A stretch of 64,000 bases of DNA from Leptolyngbyaceae cyanobacterium (GTDB taxonomy: Bacteria > Cyanobacteriota > Cyanobacteriia > Phormidesmidales > Phormidesmidaceae), in contig CBDHHL010000032.1 in the NCBI GenBank assembly GCA_965263355.1, forward strand, positions 544,001-608,000, given 5' to 3'. This document shows, in pieces, positions 16,553 to 29,080 of the stretch. Below the pieces are notes generated by a model. The model had not been told where the DNA came from. It was given only the letters and a program-made list of their open reading frames with translations, and made no database searches. Numbering within the stretch: position 1 is the first letter of the stretch; each line of letters begins with the position of its first letter. The translations under genes and the position numbers were made by a program.

Positions 16553-19500
16553 CTAGGTTAGATAATCTTGCAAGGCTTTAACAGCCAATGTCTGTTTTTG
16601 TAACGAGCGAATGGCTGTGATGGTAGCCTGAGCCCCTGAAAGAGTGGTGATGGTGGGAATCCTATAATCGAGGGCTGTGCGTCGAATCATGCGATCATCT
16701 TGCTGGGCTGTGGCCCCTGTGGGGGTATTAATAATCAGCTGAATCTCCTCATTTTTGATGGCATCAATGACATGGGGGCGACCTTCATGCACTTTGTACA
16801 CTAGTGCTACATCTAATCCGTGGGATTGTAATACCCGTCGAGTCCCCGCCGTGGCAATCAGACGAAAGCCCAGTTCTGCTAATTCCTTGGCAATGGGGAC
16901 GACAGCTTCCTTCTCACGATCATTCATAGATATGAAGGTGTTGCCTGTTAAGGGTAGCTCTTGACTGGCGGCTAATTCGGCTTTGGCAAAGGAGCGGCCA
17001 AAGTCCATATCAATGCCCATCACTTCCCCTGTGGAGCGCATTTCTGGCCCTAGCAGGGTATCGCTGCCAGGAAATTTGCTAAAGGGTAAGACAGCTTCTT
17101 TGACTGAAATGTGGTTAGGAATCACCTCTGTGGTCACCCCCACATCGGCTAAGGTTTGACCGGACATAATCAATACGGCGGTTTTGGCTAAGGGGATGCC
17201 AGTTGCCTTAGATACAAAGGGGACTGTCCGGGATGCCCTGGGGTTGGCTTCTAAGATATAGACGTCGTCATCTTTGACAGCAAACTGAATATTCATCAGC
17301 CCGACTACCTGTAGCGCCTTAGCTAGCTTGACTGTCCAGTCACGAATGGTGCCCAAGGCGCTCTTGCTAAGGGTAATAGTAGGTAGTGAGCAGGCGGAGT
17401 CTCCAGAATGAATTCCAGCTTGTTCAATATGTTCCATAATGCCGCCAATTACCACCTGGCCGGTGCGATCGCAAATGGCATCTACATCCACCTCAATAGC
17501 ATTTGCCAAAAAGCGATCAATCAAGATTGGATGATCTGGTTCTACCTGTACTGCCGTAGTCATATAGTGCTCCAGATCCCGATCGGAGTAGACCACCTCC
17601 ATGGCGCGCCCACCCAACACATAGCTGGGGCGTACCACCACCGGATAGTTGATTTTCTGGGCAATTTCTAGGGCTTCCTGGTAGCTGCGGGCAATGCCGT
17701 TAGCAGGTTGGGTAATCTCTAGATCCCAAAGAATTTTTTCAAACCGCTCTCGGTCTTCAGCCGTATCAATGGAGTCAGGAGATGTCCCCCAAATCTTGGT
17801 TTGGATAGGGTTGCCATTGACTGTGGGGGCTTGAGCTAGATAAGTCTGCAGGGGCACCGCTAGTTTTAGGGGTGTCTGCCCCCCAAACTGGATAATCACC
17901 CCTTCAGGATTCTCTGCTTCGATAATATTGAGCACGTCTTCTTTGGTCAGGGGTTCAAAATAGAGCCGATCACTGGTGTCATAGTCCGTAGATACGGTTT
18001 CCGGGTTAGAGTTGACCATAATTGTCTCAAAATCATTGGCCTGTAAGGCATAGGAGGCATGACAGCAGCAGTAGTCAAACTCAATACCCTGGCCAATGCG
18101 ATTGGGCCCCCCCCCTAAAATCATCACCTTACGCCGATCTGAGGGTTTGACCTCGGTTTCGGTCTCATAGGTGGAGTAGTAGTAAGGCGTATAGGCTTCA
18201 AATTCTGCCGCACAGGTATCGACAGTTTTATAGACGGGAATTACCCCAAGGTTTTTGCGCGTTGCCCGGACTTGGTCTTCTGACGTTTTAGTCGCATAGG
18301 CAATCTGACCATCGCTAAAGCCTTGCTGTTTGATGGCCATCATTTGCTCGGCAGTAATCGTATCTAGAGCCGTGCGCTTTAACCATTTTTCTGTTACTAG
18401 CAGGTCCTGCAACTTATCAATAAACCAGGGATCAATTCCCGTCAGCTCATAGATATCGTGAGGACTCAACCCCAGCTGCAGTGCATGGCGCAATGCAAAA
18501 ATCCGATCTGGATTGGGGGAACGCAAGCTAGATCGCACTTTGGCAATGGTAGGTAGATTTTCGTTGCGATCGCATCCCCAGCCCAATCGACCCGTTTCCA
18601 AGGAGCGCAGTGCCTTTTGAAAGGATTCCTGAAACGTACGACCGATAGCCATGGCCTCTCCCACCGATTTCATCTGGGTGGTCAGCAGGGGAACACTACC
18701 AGGAAACTTCTCAAAGGCAAACCGAGGAATCTTAGTGACGACATAGTCAATAGTGGGCTCAAAACTAGCCGGTGTCTTTTTAGTAATGTCGTTGGAAATT
18801 TCAGTCAGGGTGTAACCTACCGCAAGTTTGGCAGCAATTTTTGCGATCGGAAACCCCGTTGCCTTAGATGCCAGGGCAGAACTGCGAGATACTCGTGGGT
18901 TCATCTCAATGACGATCACATCCCCGGTATCCGGATTCACCGCAAACTGAATATTGGAGCCCCCCGTTTCTACACCAATTTCACGAATGATTTTGATAGA
19001 CGCATCCCTTAACCGCTGATATTCTTTATCGGTTAGGGTTTGAGCCGGGGCCACCGTAATCGAATCTCCAGTGTGGATACCCATGGGATCCAGATTTTCA
19101 ATCGAGCAGATAATCACCACATTATCCGCCAGATCTCGCATGACTTCTAGCTCATACTCCTTCCAGCCCAGTAGGGACTTTTCAATCAAAATCTGAGAGA
19201 CGGGGCTAGCATCCAAACCGGACTTAGCAATCACTTCAAATTCTTCCTGGTTGTAGGCAATTCCTCCACCAGTACCCCCCAGGGTAAATGCCGGTCTAAT
19301 AATTAATGGATAGATGCCAATGTCTTGGGCAATGGTCTGGGCCTCGTCCATGGTTTCCGCTAACCCTGACGGACATATACCTACTCCAATCCGTTCCATG
19401 GCCTGCTTAAAGAGGCGACGGTCTTCTGCCATTTCAATGGCATCGAGCTTGGCCCCAATTAACTCCACATTGTGCTTAGCCAAAATGCCATCTTTGGCTA

Positions 19501-19804
19501 GACTAACTGCAAGGTTAAGCGCAGTTTGTCCACCCATGGTGGGCAATAGGGCATCTGGTTTTTCCTGTTCAATTACCCGGGCCACTAAATCAGGCGTAAG
19601 GGGTTCAATGTAGGTGCGATCCGCCGTTTCAGGATCAGTCATGATTGTGGCCGGATTAGAATTGATTAAGACCACTTCATAGCCTTCTTCCCGCAGTGCC
19701 TTACAAGCCTGGGTCCCTGAATAGTCAAACTCACAAGCCTGACCGATAACAATCGGACCAGACCCAATTAATAAAATCTTGCTGAGGTCATTGCGGCGAG
19801 GCAT
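16553..19804 (-). CDS. carB: Carbamoyl-phosphate synthase large subunit
   Basis: MPRRND...[17 protein letters not shown], duplicated ATP-grasp halves and MGS domain. Confidence 0.98.
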   Translation of the reverse strand: MPRRNDLSKILLIGSGPIVIGQACEFDYSGTQACKALREEGYEVVLINSNPATIMTDPETADRTYIEPLTPDLVARVIEQEKPDALLPTMGGQTALNLAVSLAKDGILAKHNVELIGAKLDAIEMAEDRRLFKQAMERIGVGICPSGLAETMDEAQTIAQDIGIYPLIIRPAFTLGGTGGGIAYNQEEFEVIAKSGLDASPVSQILIEKSLLGWKEYELEVMRDLADNVVIICSIENLDPMGIHTGDSITVAPAQTLTDKEYQRLRDASIKIIREIGVETGGSNIQFAVNPDTGDVIVIEMNPRVSRSSALASKATGFPIAKIAAKLAVGYTLTEISNDITKKTPASFEPTIDYVVTKIPRFAFEKFPGSVPLLTTQMKSVGEAMAIGRTFQESFQKALRSLETGRLGWGCDRNENLPTIAKVRSSLRSPNPDRIFALRHALQLGLSPHDIYELTGIDPWFIDKLQDLLVTEKWLKRTALDTITAEQMMAIKQQGFSDGQIAYATKTSEDQVRATRKNLGVIPVYKTVDTCAAEFEAYTPYYYSTYETETEVKPSDRRKVMILGGGPNRIGQGIEFDYCCCHASYALQANDFETIMVNSNPETVSTDYDTSDRLYFEPLTKEDVLNIIEAENPEGVIIQFGGQTPLKLAVPLQTYLAQAPTVNGNPIQTKIWGTSPDSIDTAEDRERFEKILWDLEITQPANGIARSYQEALEIAQKINYPVVVRPSYVLGGRAMEVVYSDRDLEHYMTTAVQVEPDHPILIDRFLANAIEVDVDAICDRTGQVVIGGIMEHIEQAGIHSGDSACSLPTITLSKSALGTIRDWTVKLAKALQVVGLMNIQFAVKDDDVYILEANPRASRTVPFVSKATGIPLAKTAVLIMSGQTLADVGVTTEVIPNHISVKEAVLPFSKFPGSDTLLGPEMRSTGEVMGIDMDFGRSFAKAELAASQELPLTGNTFISMNDREKEAVVPIAKELAELGFRLIATAGTRRVLQSHGLDVALVYKVHEGRPHVIDAIKNEEIQLIINTPTGATAQQDDRMIRRTALDYRIPTITTLSGAQATITAIRSLQKQTLAVKALQDYLT

Positions 19805-20241
19805 AGGCGAGCTTTAGAAAACTGAGGGTAAGTATGGGATTCCTGACAATAAGGACCCAGATCAACAAATCCAGATTATTGTAGGGCTTTCTTTCACTCC
19901 CAAGACGGACATTTTCCTAGGAGTTTTTATCCTTATTAGAATTAACCAACGGTTACGCTTGCTAAATAGAAGCGACCATGGGCTAATTATTGCCAGGTCT
20001 GGGGCATATTTGCCCGATATCGTAACCAGATCCCATAAATGTCTGTACTAAAGTTCAGACATTTATGAACTATTAAGTTGCTCAATAAATTAGAAAATTA
20101 CCCCATAAAAGTTAGAGAGCCCTATCGACGCTTTGTACGGCAGAGGGGCATGCATCGCTATATGATGACCGTAGACGTTATTGCTCTCTGGTCTCAATAG
20201 TGCCCTTCGCTAATACACTTAATTTCTCTGCTCTAGCTCCT

Positions 20242-21348
20242 ATGGCCACGGTTTCGCAACCTTCCAATTTGCCATCAACATCGTTATCTACGATTTTACA
20301 GCTTCACAATATAACCAAGCAATATCAATCGCAAGCGGCACCTGCTATCGATCAAGTGAGTTTACAGCTGGGTCAGGGAGAATTGCTGGTACTATTAGGG
20401 CCGTCGGGGTGTGGTAAAACCACATTGTTGAGAACGATTGCAGGTTTTGAGATCCCCGAAATGGGTTGGATTGAGTTGGCACAGCAACCGGTCTGTGGTC
20501 AGGGGGCTCCGATTCCTCCTGAACGTCGTGATGTGGGCATTGTTTTTCAGGACTATGCTCTATTTCCCCATCTATCTGTGGCTGATAATGTGTCCTTTGG
20601 ACTTAAGCATCTCAGTCGACATCGACGATTGTCTAACCAGCAAATTCAAGATTTAGCGCAAGCGGCCATTAGTCTTGTCGGTCTAGTTGGATTTGAACGG
20701 CGTTATCCCCATGAACTATCGGGAGGTCAGCAACAGCGGGTAGCCTTGGCACGGGCATTGGCCCCTAGACCGTCCCTGATTTTATTGGATGAACCTTTTA
20801 GCAATTTGGATGTGCAGGTGCGGCTCTACCTGCGCCAGGAAGTCCGTAGTATTCTCAAAGGCTTAGGGGCTTCTGGCATCTTTGTGACCCATGACCAGCA
20901 AGAGGCTCTGGCAATTGCTGATCGAGTCGCAGTCATGCGGTCTGGACGGATTGAGCAGTTGGGTAGTCCTGAGGAAATCTATGGGCAGCCTGTATCGCAG
21001 TTTGTTGCTGCCTTTGTGACCCAGGCAAATTTTATTAAGGCGCAGCGAGGCGCAGCGGGTTGGCAAACCGCCTTTGGCTTAGTGGATGAGTCTATGGTTC
21101 AGCCCACTGATGCGATCGCAGGTACCCTGATGCTGCGCCAAGAGGAGCTACAGCTGAGGCCGGTGAAAGCAAACGAAATTGCCTTAACCATTTGCGATCG
21201 CGAATTTTTGGGACGTGAGTATAAATACACCCTCAGCCATCCCACCGCAGGTAATCTGCAAGTTCGTACCTCCAATCAGTTTGCTGTGGGCAATTCAGTC
21301 CAGATCACCATCAAACCTAATCCCATGGGGTTACGTGTATTTAAGTAA
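20242..21348 (+). CDS. ABC transporter ATP-binding protein, FutC/FbpC (Fe3+)-like
   Basis: GPSGCGKT, LSGGQQQR, LLDEPF and C-terminal TOBE-like region. Confidence 0.85.
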   Translation: MATVSQPSNLPSTSLSTILQLHNITKQYQSQAAPAIDQVSLQLGQGELLVLLGPSGCGKTTLLRTIAGFEIPEMGWIELAQQPVCGQGAPIPPERRDVGIVFQDYALFPHLSVADNVSFGLKHLSRHRRLSNQQIQDLAQAAISLVGLVGFERRYPHELSGGQQQRVALARALAPRPSLILLDEPFSNLDVQVRLYLRQEVRSILKGLGASGIFVTHDQQEALAIADRVAVMRSGRIEQLGSPEEIYGQPVSQFVAAFVTQANFIKAQRGAAGWQTAFGLVDESMVQPTDAIAGTLMLRQEELQLRPVKANEIALTICDREFLGREYKYTLSHPTAGNLQVRTSNQFAVGNSVQITIKPNPMGLRVFK

Positions 21349-21378
21349 TTAGTGTAAGTACAGGGCGAGTTGTGAAGC

Positions 21379-22254
21379 TCAGGATACATGGTCTATTAAG
21401 GCCCGTTGCATCACCTCAACAGGAGGTGGCTGCTGTGTCCATATTTCTAGGGCAGCCGCGCCCTGTTGTACCAACATTTCTAGCCCATCGAAGGTGGTCA
21501 GTCCGGCCCTGTCTGCCTGTTGCAAAAACTGCGTCGGACGAGGGGTGTAGATCAGGTCGTAGGCAATGGCTTGGCTGGGGAGTAACCCAATTTGGTCAGC
21601 CCCTAAGGGCGAGGCCTCTACCTGGGGGGCCATGCCGACGGGGGTGGCATTAACCACTAGCATCGCCTTTGGTAGTAGTGCCTCCAACTGGTCCCAGGAG
21701 TGAACTGATAAATTAGGTTTTAACGGTGACGTTTGCCAGCTTTGGTCAAATTTTGTCAGTTTTTCCCCGCTGCGACCCACTACTAAAATCTCTGGACAGC
21801 CCAGCTGGTGACAAGCGGCGACAATAGCCCGAGCCGCCCCACCATTACCCAAGATGAGCGCTGGTGCCTGACGCCAATCGCGCCCTAATGCCTGTAGTGG
21901 AGCTAGAAAGCCAGCGGCATCCGTATTGGTGCCGCACCAGCCTACATCGCTCCACCATACGGTATTGACCGCACCAATGGCCGTTGCCACATCAGAAATC
22001 TGAGTTAGCAATGGCATAATCGTTTGCTTATGGGGAATGGTGATGTTGAAACCCTTGAGGCCCACAGCTGCAAAGCCATCAATGGCGGTTTTGAGCTGAT
22101 TTGGGGCAATTGGGAAGGGCAAATAAACGTAGTCCAGACCCAGGGTTGCGATCGCAGCATTGTGCATAATGGGCGACATGGAATGTTTGACTGGATAGCC
22201 AATCACCCCAAGCAGCTGAGTTGTTCCCTTAATCGTCAACGGTTTGATAGCCAC
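21379..22254 (-). CDS. aroE: Shikimate dehydrogenase
   Basis: HSMSPIMHN, NITIPHK, GAVNT, NTD, GNGGAARA and DGLEML. GTG start at 22254 preferred. Confidence 0.95.
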   Translation of the reverse strand: MAIKPLTIKGTTQLLGVIGYPVKHSMSPIMHNAAIATLGLDYVYLPFPIAPNQLKTAIDGFAAVGLKGFNITIPHKQTIMPLLTQISDVATAIGAVNTVWWSDVGWCGTNTDAAGFLAPLQALGRDWRQAPALILGNGGAARAIVAACHQLGCPEILVVGRSGEKLTKFDQSWQTSPLKPNLSVHSWDQLEALLPKAMLVVNATPVGMAPQVEASPLGADQIGLLPSQAIAYDLIYTPRPTQFLQQADRAGLTTFDGLEMLVQQGAAALEIWTQQPPPVEVMQRALIDHVS

Positions 22255-22354
22255 AGGTTGGTCTGGTGATAACGATGCGTAACGTTCCCAATTACTTATA
22301 ATGAAACCTGCTACCTGGCAAGGTATCTGACTGTATCTAACCCTCGCAACCGCC

Positions 22355-23611
22355 GTGACTGCCACTCCGCTTTCTTCCTCTGTTTCCCCTACCCTGACTG
22401 CCCCTGAGTTACGTCCTGATAAATTAGGCCGCTTTGGCCGCTTTGGGGGCAAGTATGTACCCGAAACGCTTATGCCTGCCTTAGCGGAACTGGAGGACGC
22501 GTTTTACACCTATCGCCATGATGCTGATTTTCAGGCAGAACTCAATGGATTGCTCAAGGACTATGTAGGACGTGCTAATCCGCTTTATTTTGCTGAGCGT
22601 CTCACCGACTATTACGCTCGTCAGGACGGCAGTGGCCCGCAAATCTATCTAAAGCGAGAAGACCTGAACCATACGGGTGCCCACAAAATTAATAATGCTC
22701 TAGGCCAGGTACTCCTGGCCAAGCGCATGGGCAAAAAGCGCATTATTGCAGAAACAGGAGCTGGTCAGCATGGTGTGGCCACAGCAACGGTCTGTGCCCG
22801 GTTTGGGATTGAATGCGTTATCTACATGGGCGTCCATGATATGGAACGGCAGGCCCTAAACGTCTTTCGTATGCGGTTGATGGGGGCAGCGGTACAGCCT
22901 GTGAGCGCTGGCACAGGTACCCTCAAAGATGCCACGTCTGAAGCCATTCGCGACTGGGTGACTAATGTGGAAAGCACCCACTACATTTTGGGTTCGGTGG
23001 CGGGTCCTCACCCTTATCCAATGCTTGTACGAGAATTCCATGCAGTCATTGGTCAAGAAACCCGAGCCCAGTGTCAGGAAAAATGGGGCGGTCTACCAGA
23101 TATTTTGCTTGCCTGTGTTGGCGGGGGCTCGAATGCCATGGGGTTATTCCACGAGTTTGTTAACGAGCCCTCTGTCCGCATGATTGGCATAGAAGCGTCT
23201 GGTGAAGGGGTGAGCACGGGTAAACATGCGGCCACCCTGACGGCTGGACGGATAGGCGTGCTCCATGGTGCCATGAGTTTTTTACTGCAGGACAGTGATG
23301 GTCAAGTGATTGAGCCCCATTCCATTAGTGCGGGTCTGGATTATCCGGGGGTGGGTCCTGAACATAGTTATCTAAAAGAGATTGGTCGGGCCGAATATTA
23401 CGGTGTTACTGACCAGGAGGCCCTGGATGCATTTCAGCTACTATCCCAACGTGAAGGGATTATTCCGGCCCTGGAAACTGCCCACGCCTTTGCCTATCTG
23501 GAGAAACTATGTCCTCAGTTAGATGGCAGTCCTAAGCTGGTGATCAACTGTTCAGGTCGAGGCGATAAGGATGTTCAGACCGTAGCCAGGGTCTTGAAGT
23601 TTGATGCTTAG
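22355..23611 (+). CDS. trpB: Tryptophan synthase beta subunit
   Basis: [32 protein letters not shown] and SGRGDKD. Confidence 0.98.
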   Translation: MTATPLSSSVSPTLTAPELRPDKLGRFGRFGGKYVPETLMPALAELEDAFYTYRHDADFQAELNGLLKDYVGRANPLYFAERLTDYYARQDGSGPQIYLKREDLNHTGAHKINNALGQVLLAKRMGKKRIIAETGAGQHGVATATVCARFGIECVIYMGVHDMERQALNVFRMRLMGAAVQPVSAGTGTLKDATSEAIRDWVTNVESTHYILGSVAGPHPYPMLVREFHAVIGQETRAQCQEKWGGLPDILLACVGGGSNAMGLFHEFVNEPSVRMIGIEASGEGVSTGKHAATLTAGRIGVLHGAMSFLLQDSDGQVIEPHSISAGLDYPGVGPEHSYLKEIGRAEYYGVTDQEALDAFQLLSQREGIIPALETAHAFAYLEKLCPQLDGSPKLVINCSGRGDKDVQTVARVLKFDA

Positions 23612-23704
23612 GACAATAGGGTATCCCCTGTTGTTTATTGCTTGGTGGGCACTGCCCACCCTACGGCCATTGCCCTATCCATTTAATTTAAGGACGCTTG
23701 TAAC

Positions 23705-24328
23705 TTGGAAAACTTTGAAGTTTGCGATCGCGACATTCCCAAGTCTTTGCTAGAACGCTACTTAGCATCCGATGCGATCGCGGTAGATACCGAAACCATG
23801 GGGCTCAATCCCCTGCGTGACCGTCTTTGTTTAGTCCAAATGTGTGACACCGAAGGCTACACATCTGCCATCCGCATTGAACGGGGGCAAAGTAATGCCC
23901 CTAATCTACAGCAGCTGCTAACCACGCCTAGTATCCTTAAAATCTTTCACTTTGCTCGGTTTGATTTGGCAACACTCCAACATCATCTGGATATTAAGGT
24001 AGCTCCCGTATTCTGTACTAAGATTGCCAGTAAGCTGGCTCGCACCTATAGCCCAAAACATGGGCTCAAGGAGTTAGTTAAGGAAATTGTTGGCATCGAA
24101 TTAGATAAAACAGTCCAAAGCTCTGATTGGGGAAATGTCCACGATTTAAGTGATGAACAACTGGCTTACGCCGCCAATGATGTCCGCTATCTCCATAAGC
24201 TCTCAAAACGTCTTACCCTGATGCTTCAGCGAGAGGGACGTTGGCATTTAGCAGAAGACTGCTTTCACTGTTTACCTACATTTATTCAGTTAGATCTGCA
24301 GCAATACCAAAACATTTTTGAGCATTAA
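23705..24328 (+). CDS. rnd: Ribonuclease D-type 3'-5' exonuclease
   Basis: AVDTET, FHFARFD and YAANDV (DEDDy). Confidence 0.9.
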   Translation: MENFEVCDRDIPKSLLERYLASDAIAVDTETMGLNPLRDRLCLVQMCDTEGYTSAIRIERGQSNAPNLQQLLTTPSILKIFHFARFDLATLQHHLDIKVAPVFCTKIASKLARTYSPKHGLKELVKEIVGIELDKTVQSSDWGNVHDLSDEQLAYAANDVRYLHKLSKRLTLMLQREGRWHLAEDCFHCLPTFIQLDLQQYQNIFEH

Positions 24329-24767
24329 CCCCACATCATGGGTCTCCGTTGATGTCATCAACCAGTTAGTCATTCTGGGATTTAAGGGGAACCCTGGAGC
24401 CTAGATAGAAAGCCCACTCAACTACGGGCAACTCACTTACTTAGCGATGGCCTTAAACAATTCTAGTGGTCTGTTAAAACTAAGATTTCGGAATGTTTGT
24501 AAGCTGATAGTCATAAAAGACACAGGCCACTCATTAGAATCAACTAGCTGATCCGGAGGCGTCTGCTTATGAAGGTTGCATAATATTCCGGAAGGTTCGG
24601 ACATCTAAGAGTTAAATGTAACGTGGTGAAAAAGTAGTTTTCTATTGCTCCTTTATGGAGCCTTTGTTCTATGTAGAGTTTCTTTAAAGAAGCTCACGTG
24701 CCAATGGTGTTTGTTGTATTCGTACGCCATTAATGGCATCAAAGGTGTTCGTTAATTTATTACCTAT

Positions 24768-25541
24768 ATGAAAGCTGTCATACTTGCCGGTGGTCTGGGG
24801 ACTCGTTTGAGTGAAGAAACCGCAATTAAGCCAAAGCCTATGGTCGAGATTGGTGGTAAGCCAATTCTCTGGCATATTATGAAAATTTATTCCTACCATG
24901 GCATCAATGATTTTGTTGTGTGCTGTGGTTACAAGGGATATGTCATCAAGGAATATTTTGCCAACTATTTCCTTCACATGTCAGATGTCACGTTTGACAT
25001 GCGCTTTAACCAGATGAATGTGCATGCGGGCAAAGCTGAGCCCTGGCGTGTAACCCTTGTGGACACTGGTGATAACACTATGACGGGTGGTCGCCTAAAG
25101 CGAGTGAAAGAGCATCTTGGTAGCGAAGATTTTTGCTTCACTTACGGCGATGGTGTATCTAATGTCAATGTTACTGAGCTGATTGAATTCCACAAGCAGC
25201 AAGGAACGTTGGCTACCCTTACGGCTGTTCAGCCACCTGGACGTTTTGGTGCCATTTCCCTGGCTCAAGAACAAACAAAAATCACCCATTTCCAGGAAAA
25301 ACCCGAAGGTGACGGTGCCTGGATTAATGGTGGCTTTTTTGTCCTTAATCCTCAGGTGATTGATTACATTGATGGGGATCCAATTTCTTGGGAAAAGGAA
25401 CCGCTGCAAAAGCTAGCTCATATGGAAGAGCTGTCAGCATTTAAGCATGATGGCTTTTGGCAACCCATGGATACGCTACGGGATAAGCGGTATCTAGAGA
25501 AGCTTTGGCAGACAGACGAAGCTCCCTGGAAAGTTTGGTAA
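24768..25541 (+). CDS. rfbF: Glucose-1-phosphate cytidylyltransferase
   Basis: [25 protein letters not shown] and MDTLRDK. Confidence 0.95.
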   Translation: MKAVILAGGLGTRLSEETAIKPKPMVEIGGKPILWHIMKIYSYHGINDFVVCCGYKGYVIKEYFANYFLHMSDVTFDMRFNQMNVHAGKAEPWRVTLVDTGDNTMTGGRLKRVKEHLGSEDFCFTYGDGVSNVNVTELIEFHKQQGTLATLTAVQPPGRFGAISLAQEQTKITHFQEKPEGDGAWINGGFFVLNPQVIDYIDGDPISWEKEPLQKLAHMEELSAFKHDGFWQPMDTLRDKRYLEKLWQTDEAPWKVW

Positions 25542-25555
25542 TTCCATATATACAA

Positions 25556-25609
25556 TTCGGAGTTCGGAATTCAGTCCTCTTCTGACTTCCGACTTCTGAC
25601 TTCCGACTT
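25556..25609. repeat. Heptamer short tandem repeats (STRR-like)
   Basis: TTCGGAG/TTCGGAA, then TTC(T/C)GAC x4. Confidence 0.75.
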
Positions 25610-25744
25610 GGCCAAGATTTCCTGGCTAAAGTTGATACCCATTATTTGGGGCTTAAGTGATTTAAAGATATAGGGCTTCTCTATAAATTTGTTGTTGCTA
25701 TATATCGGCAACGCTTGATTTCTTAATGTATTGAAGGAACAGTT

Positions 25745-26821
25745 ATGAACGCTGATTTTTGGCGCGGTAAGCGGGTCTTTGTAACTGGGCACACGGGTTT
25801 TAAGGGCAGTTGGTTATCTCTCTGGTTACAACAGCTGGGGGCTGAAGTTATTGGCTATGCATTGACGCCTCCCACTTCGCCTAGTCTGTTTGAGGTAGCT
25901 CGTGTGGGCAGTGGGATGATGTCCATTGAAGGCGATGTACGGGATTTAGTCAGTCTGCAGGATGCGATCGCAACCCATAAACCTGACATCATTTTTCACA
26001 TGGCAGCTCAGCCATTGGTGCGATATTCCTATAAGCACCCCGTAGAAACCTATGCCACCAATGTCATGGGAACCGTTCACCTACTAGAAGCTGTACGACA
26101 AACCGGTAGTGCCCGAGTCGTGATCAACATTACCAGCGATAAATGTTACGAAAACCGAGAGTGGGTTTGGGGGTATCGCGAAAATGAAGCCATGGGTGGC
26201 CATGACCCCTACTCCAACAGCAAAGGATGTGCGGAGCTGGTTGCCTCTGCCTATCGCAATTCTTACTTCAACCCAGAAACCTATGCTGAGCACGGGGTTG
26301 GTTTAGCCAGCGTGCGTGCGGGTAACGTCATCGGTGGTGGTGACTGGGCAGGTGATCGCCTGATTCCTGACATCATTCGTGCCATCATTGCCGGTGAATC
26401 GGTGCTTATTCGCAGCCCTAACGCCATTCGTCCTTGGCAGCATGTGTTAGAACCCCTCAATGGTTACATGACCCTGGCTGAACAAATGTGGGACACCGGC
26501 ACCGAGTTAGCCGAAGGCTGGAACTTTGGTCCTAACGATAGTGATGCCCGCCCCGTATCCTGGATTACGGAACAGCTGACTCAACTTTGGGGTGACGGGG
26601 CCAGCTGGCAGCTAGACACTAACGTTAATCCCCACGAAGCAACCTATCTAAAACTAGACTGCTCCAAAGCCAAGAGTCGTCTGAAATGGACTCCAAAATT
26701 GGATCTAGCAACCACTCTAGACTGGATCGTTGAATGGTATCGCGGATACATCAGGGAAGAGGATATGCATCAGATGACCATGGGGCAGATTCAGCGCTAT
26801 GAGTCGCTTAAAGCCAGTTAA
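25745..26821 (+). CDS. rfbG: CDP-glucose 4,6-dehydratase
   Basis: TGHTGFKGSWL, HMAAQPLVR, YSNSK and RPWQHVLEPL. Confidence 0.95.
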   Translation: MNADFWRGKRVFVTGHTGFKGSWLSLWLQQLGAEVIGYALTPPTSPSLFEVARVGSGMMSIEGDVRDLVSLQDAIATHKPDIIFHMAAQPLVRYSYKHPVETYATNVMGTVHLLEAVRQTGSARVVINITSDKCYENREWVWGYRENEAMGGHDPYSNSKGCAELVASAYRNSYFNPETYAEHGVGLASVRAGNVIGGGDWAGDRLIPDIIRAIIAGESVLIRSPNAIRPWQHVLEPLNGYMTLAEQMWDTGTELAEGWNFGPNDSDARPVSWITEQLTQLWGDGASWQLDTNVNPHEATYLKLDCSKAKSRLKWTPKLDLATTLDWIVEWYRGYIREEDMHQMTMGQIQRYESLKAS

Positions 26822-26975
26822 ATTTGGAGTATAGGTATTTCTATCCTTCAAAGGTATTTCTCTAACCATTGTTTCTAGTAAACCTTGTCCATGTCCAGAA
26901 CTGGAATTTTTCCGTCGGGAAAACTACAGGTTTAACCTTGGACATGGTTTATCTGTTCACCGATAGTCGAAACCC

Positions 26976-27539
26976 ATGATTTTTAACGAAACCTCTATTC
27001 AAGGGGTCTATATTGTTGACCTTGAGCACCGCAAAGATGATCGAGGATTCTTTGCCCGTATGTACTGTGCGCAAGAGTTTGAAGAACGGGGCCTCAAGGC
27101 AGTGGTGGCCCAGTGTAATCTTTCCTTTAACCACAAAAAAGGGACCTTGAGGGGAATGCATTACCAACTTCCCCCCGCCATGGAAACGAAGCTAGTACGC
27201 TGTACCCAAGGCGCAGTTTACGATGTCATTGTAGATTTACGGAAAGACTCTCCCACCTACCTATCCCATGTAGGCGTGGAGCTAACTGCTGAAAACAGAC
27301 GGGCCATATATGTGCCTGAGATGTTTGCCCACGGGTATCAAACGTTGACTGACAATGCCGAAGTAACCTATCAGGTGACTGAATTTTACACCCCTGGTTA
27401 TGAGCGAGGCCTACGTCACAGCGATCCCAGATTAGCGATTGATTGGCCCTTACCAGTAACAACAATTTCTAACAAAGACGCCAACTGGCCCCTGTTAACT
27501 GACCAGCAAAGTGATCAACCCGTTTCAGTAGGAGCTTAA
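26976..27539 (+). CDS. rfbC: NDP-4-dehydro-6-deoxysugar 3,5-epimerase (RmlC family)
   Basis: DDRGFF, LRGMHYQ, DVIVDLR and FAHGYQTL. Confidence 0.9.
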   Translation: MIFNETSIQGVYIVDLEHRKDDRGFFARMYCAQEFEERGLKAVVAQCNLSFNHKKGTLRGMHYQLPPAMETKLVRCTQGAVYDVIVDLRKDSPTYLSHVGVELTAENRRAIYVPEMFAHGYQTLTDNAEVTYQVTEFYTPGYERGLRHSDPRLAIDWPLPVTTISNKDANWPLLTDQQSDQPVSVGA

Positions 27540-27541
27540 GA

Positions 27542-28840
27542 ATGATTATTGTTGATACAGCCCTTAAGGCCCGTGAAGAAGCGGGCAACCCTGTCCGTGT
27601 AGGTATGATCGGTGCAGGATTTATGGGCCGGGGGATTGCCAACCAAATCATCCACTCCGTCCCTGGGATGGAACTAGTGGCCGTGTTTAACCGCCGGTTG
27701 GACGGCGCTAAGCGGGCTTACGAAGAAGCTGGTATCGATCATATCCAGACAGTTAAAACCGTTACTGAACTTGAAGATGCTATCAATAATAGTCAACCAG
27801 CTGTAACGGAAGATGCATCTTTGCTATGCAAAGCAGAAAATATTGATGTATTAGTAGAAGTCACTGGCACAATTGAGTTTGGTGCTCAAATTGTGTTGGA
27901 GGCCATCAACAATAAAAAGCACGTAGTGCTGATGAATGCTGAGCTTGATGGCACCGTCGGTCCTCTGCTTAAAGTCTATGCCGATAAAGCTGGCGTGATC
28001 CTATCAAACTGTGACGGTGACCAACCTGGCGTAGAGATGAACCTCTATCGCTATGTCAAGAGTATTGGGTTTACTCCTCTGCTTTGTGGCAATATCAAAG
28101 GTCTGCAAGACCGCTATCGTAACCCGACTACCCAAGAGAGTTTTGCCGCTAAGTGGAAGCAGGCTGCCTATATGGTGACCAGCTTTGCAGACGGTACCAA
28201 AATCTCTTTTGAGCAGGCTATTGTTGCCAATGCGACTGGTATGAAAGTCGCCCAGCGGGGTATGTTGGGCTATGATTTCCGAGGTCATGTCAATGACATG
28301 ACTCATCTATATGATGTGGACCAGCTCAAGTCCCTTGGTGGTATTGTCGATTATGTTGTGGGTGCTCAACCTGCAGCCGGGGTATTTATTTACGCCACTA
28401 ACGATGATCCTAAGCATCAGCATTATCTAAAGTACTACAAGCTTGGTGCAGGCCCTCTATATAGCTTTTATACGCCTTATCACATCTGTCATTTTGAGGT
28501 GCCCCTTTCCTTGGCCCGTGCTGCCCTCTTTAATGATGCAGTCATGGCACCCCTAGGGAAGCCCATGGTAGATGTTGTTGCCACTGCCAAAATTGACCTC
28601 AAAGCAGGTGAGACTCTGGATGGTATTGGCTACTACATGACCTACGGTCAGTGTGAAAATGCTGATACAACTCTGACCCAAAAGCTTTTGCCCATGGGTC
28701 TGGCAGAAGGTTGCAAACTCAAACGACCTGTTGCTAAAGATACTGTGCTGACCTACGACGATGTGATTTTGCCGGAGGATCGAATCTGCGATAAGCTGCG
28801 GTCTGAACAAGACATCTACTTTGCGCCAACGGCTGTTTAG
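27542..28840 (+). CDS. NAD(P)-dependent oxidoreductase with C-terminal SAF domain
   Basis: GAGFMG Rossmann motif, GDQPG, DGTK and LPMGLAEG. Confidence 0.85.
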   Translation: MIIVDTALKAREEAGNPVRVGMIGAGFMGRGIANQIIHSVPGMELVAVFNRRLDGAKRAYEEAGIDHIQTVKTVTELEDAINNSQPAVTEDASLLCKAENIDVLVEVTGTIEFGAQIVLEAINNKKHVVLMNAELDGTVGPLLKVYADKAGVILSNCDGDQPGVEMNLYRYVKSIGFTPLLCGNIKGLQDRYRNPTTQESFAAKWKQAAYMVTSFADGTKISFEQAIVANATGMKVAQRGMLGYDFRGHVNDMTHLYDVDQLKSLGGIVDYVVGAQPAAGVFIYATNDDPKHQHYLKYYKLGAGPLYSFYTPYHICHFEVPLSLARAALFNDAVMAPLGKPMVDVVATAKIDLKAGETLDGIGYYMTYGQCENADTTLTQKLLPMGLAEGCKLKRPVAKDTVLTYDDVILPEDRICDKLRSEQDIYFAPTAV

Positions 28841-29080
28841 TCAGGCCTTTGGAGGAGCCAGGCGTCAAACATCAGTTTGATTTTCCTGGTTCCCGCATTT
28901 TCAAAATGTTCCTCCAGCCAGTCATTAAGACATGTTCAGCGAGATAACTCTAGACTTGAATAGGGCCATTCGTAAGGATTTTTTACATAAACATGGAATA
29001 ACGGCTCAAGACTATGCGTTGAAGAAGCTGGGTTTCTCAACAGCATGGTTGAAAGACGATGGGTCGTGCCCACCCTACAC

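Noticed and set aside
22255..22452. N-terminal extension of aroE
   Set aside because: It overlaps trpB on the opposite strand; AroE similarity begins near the GTG at 22254.
26822..26975. Remnant of a lost sugar-modification gene between rfbG and rfbC
   Set aside because: No recognisable motif; too short to support.
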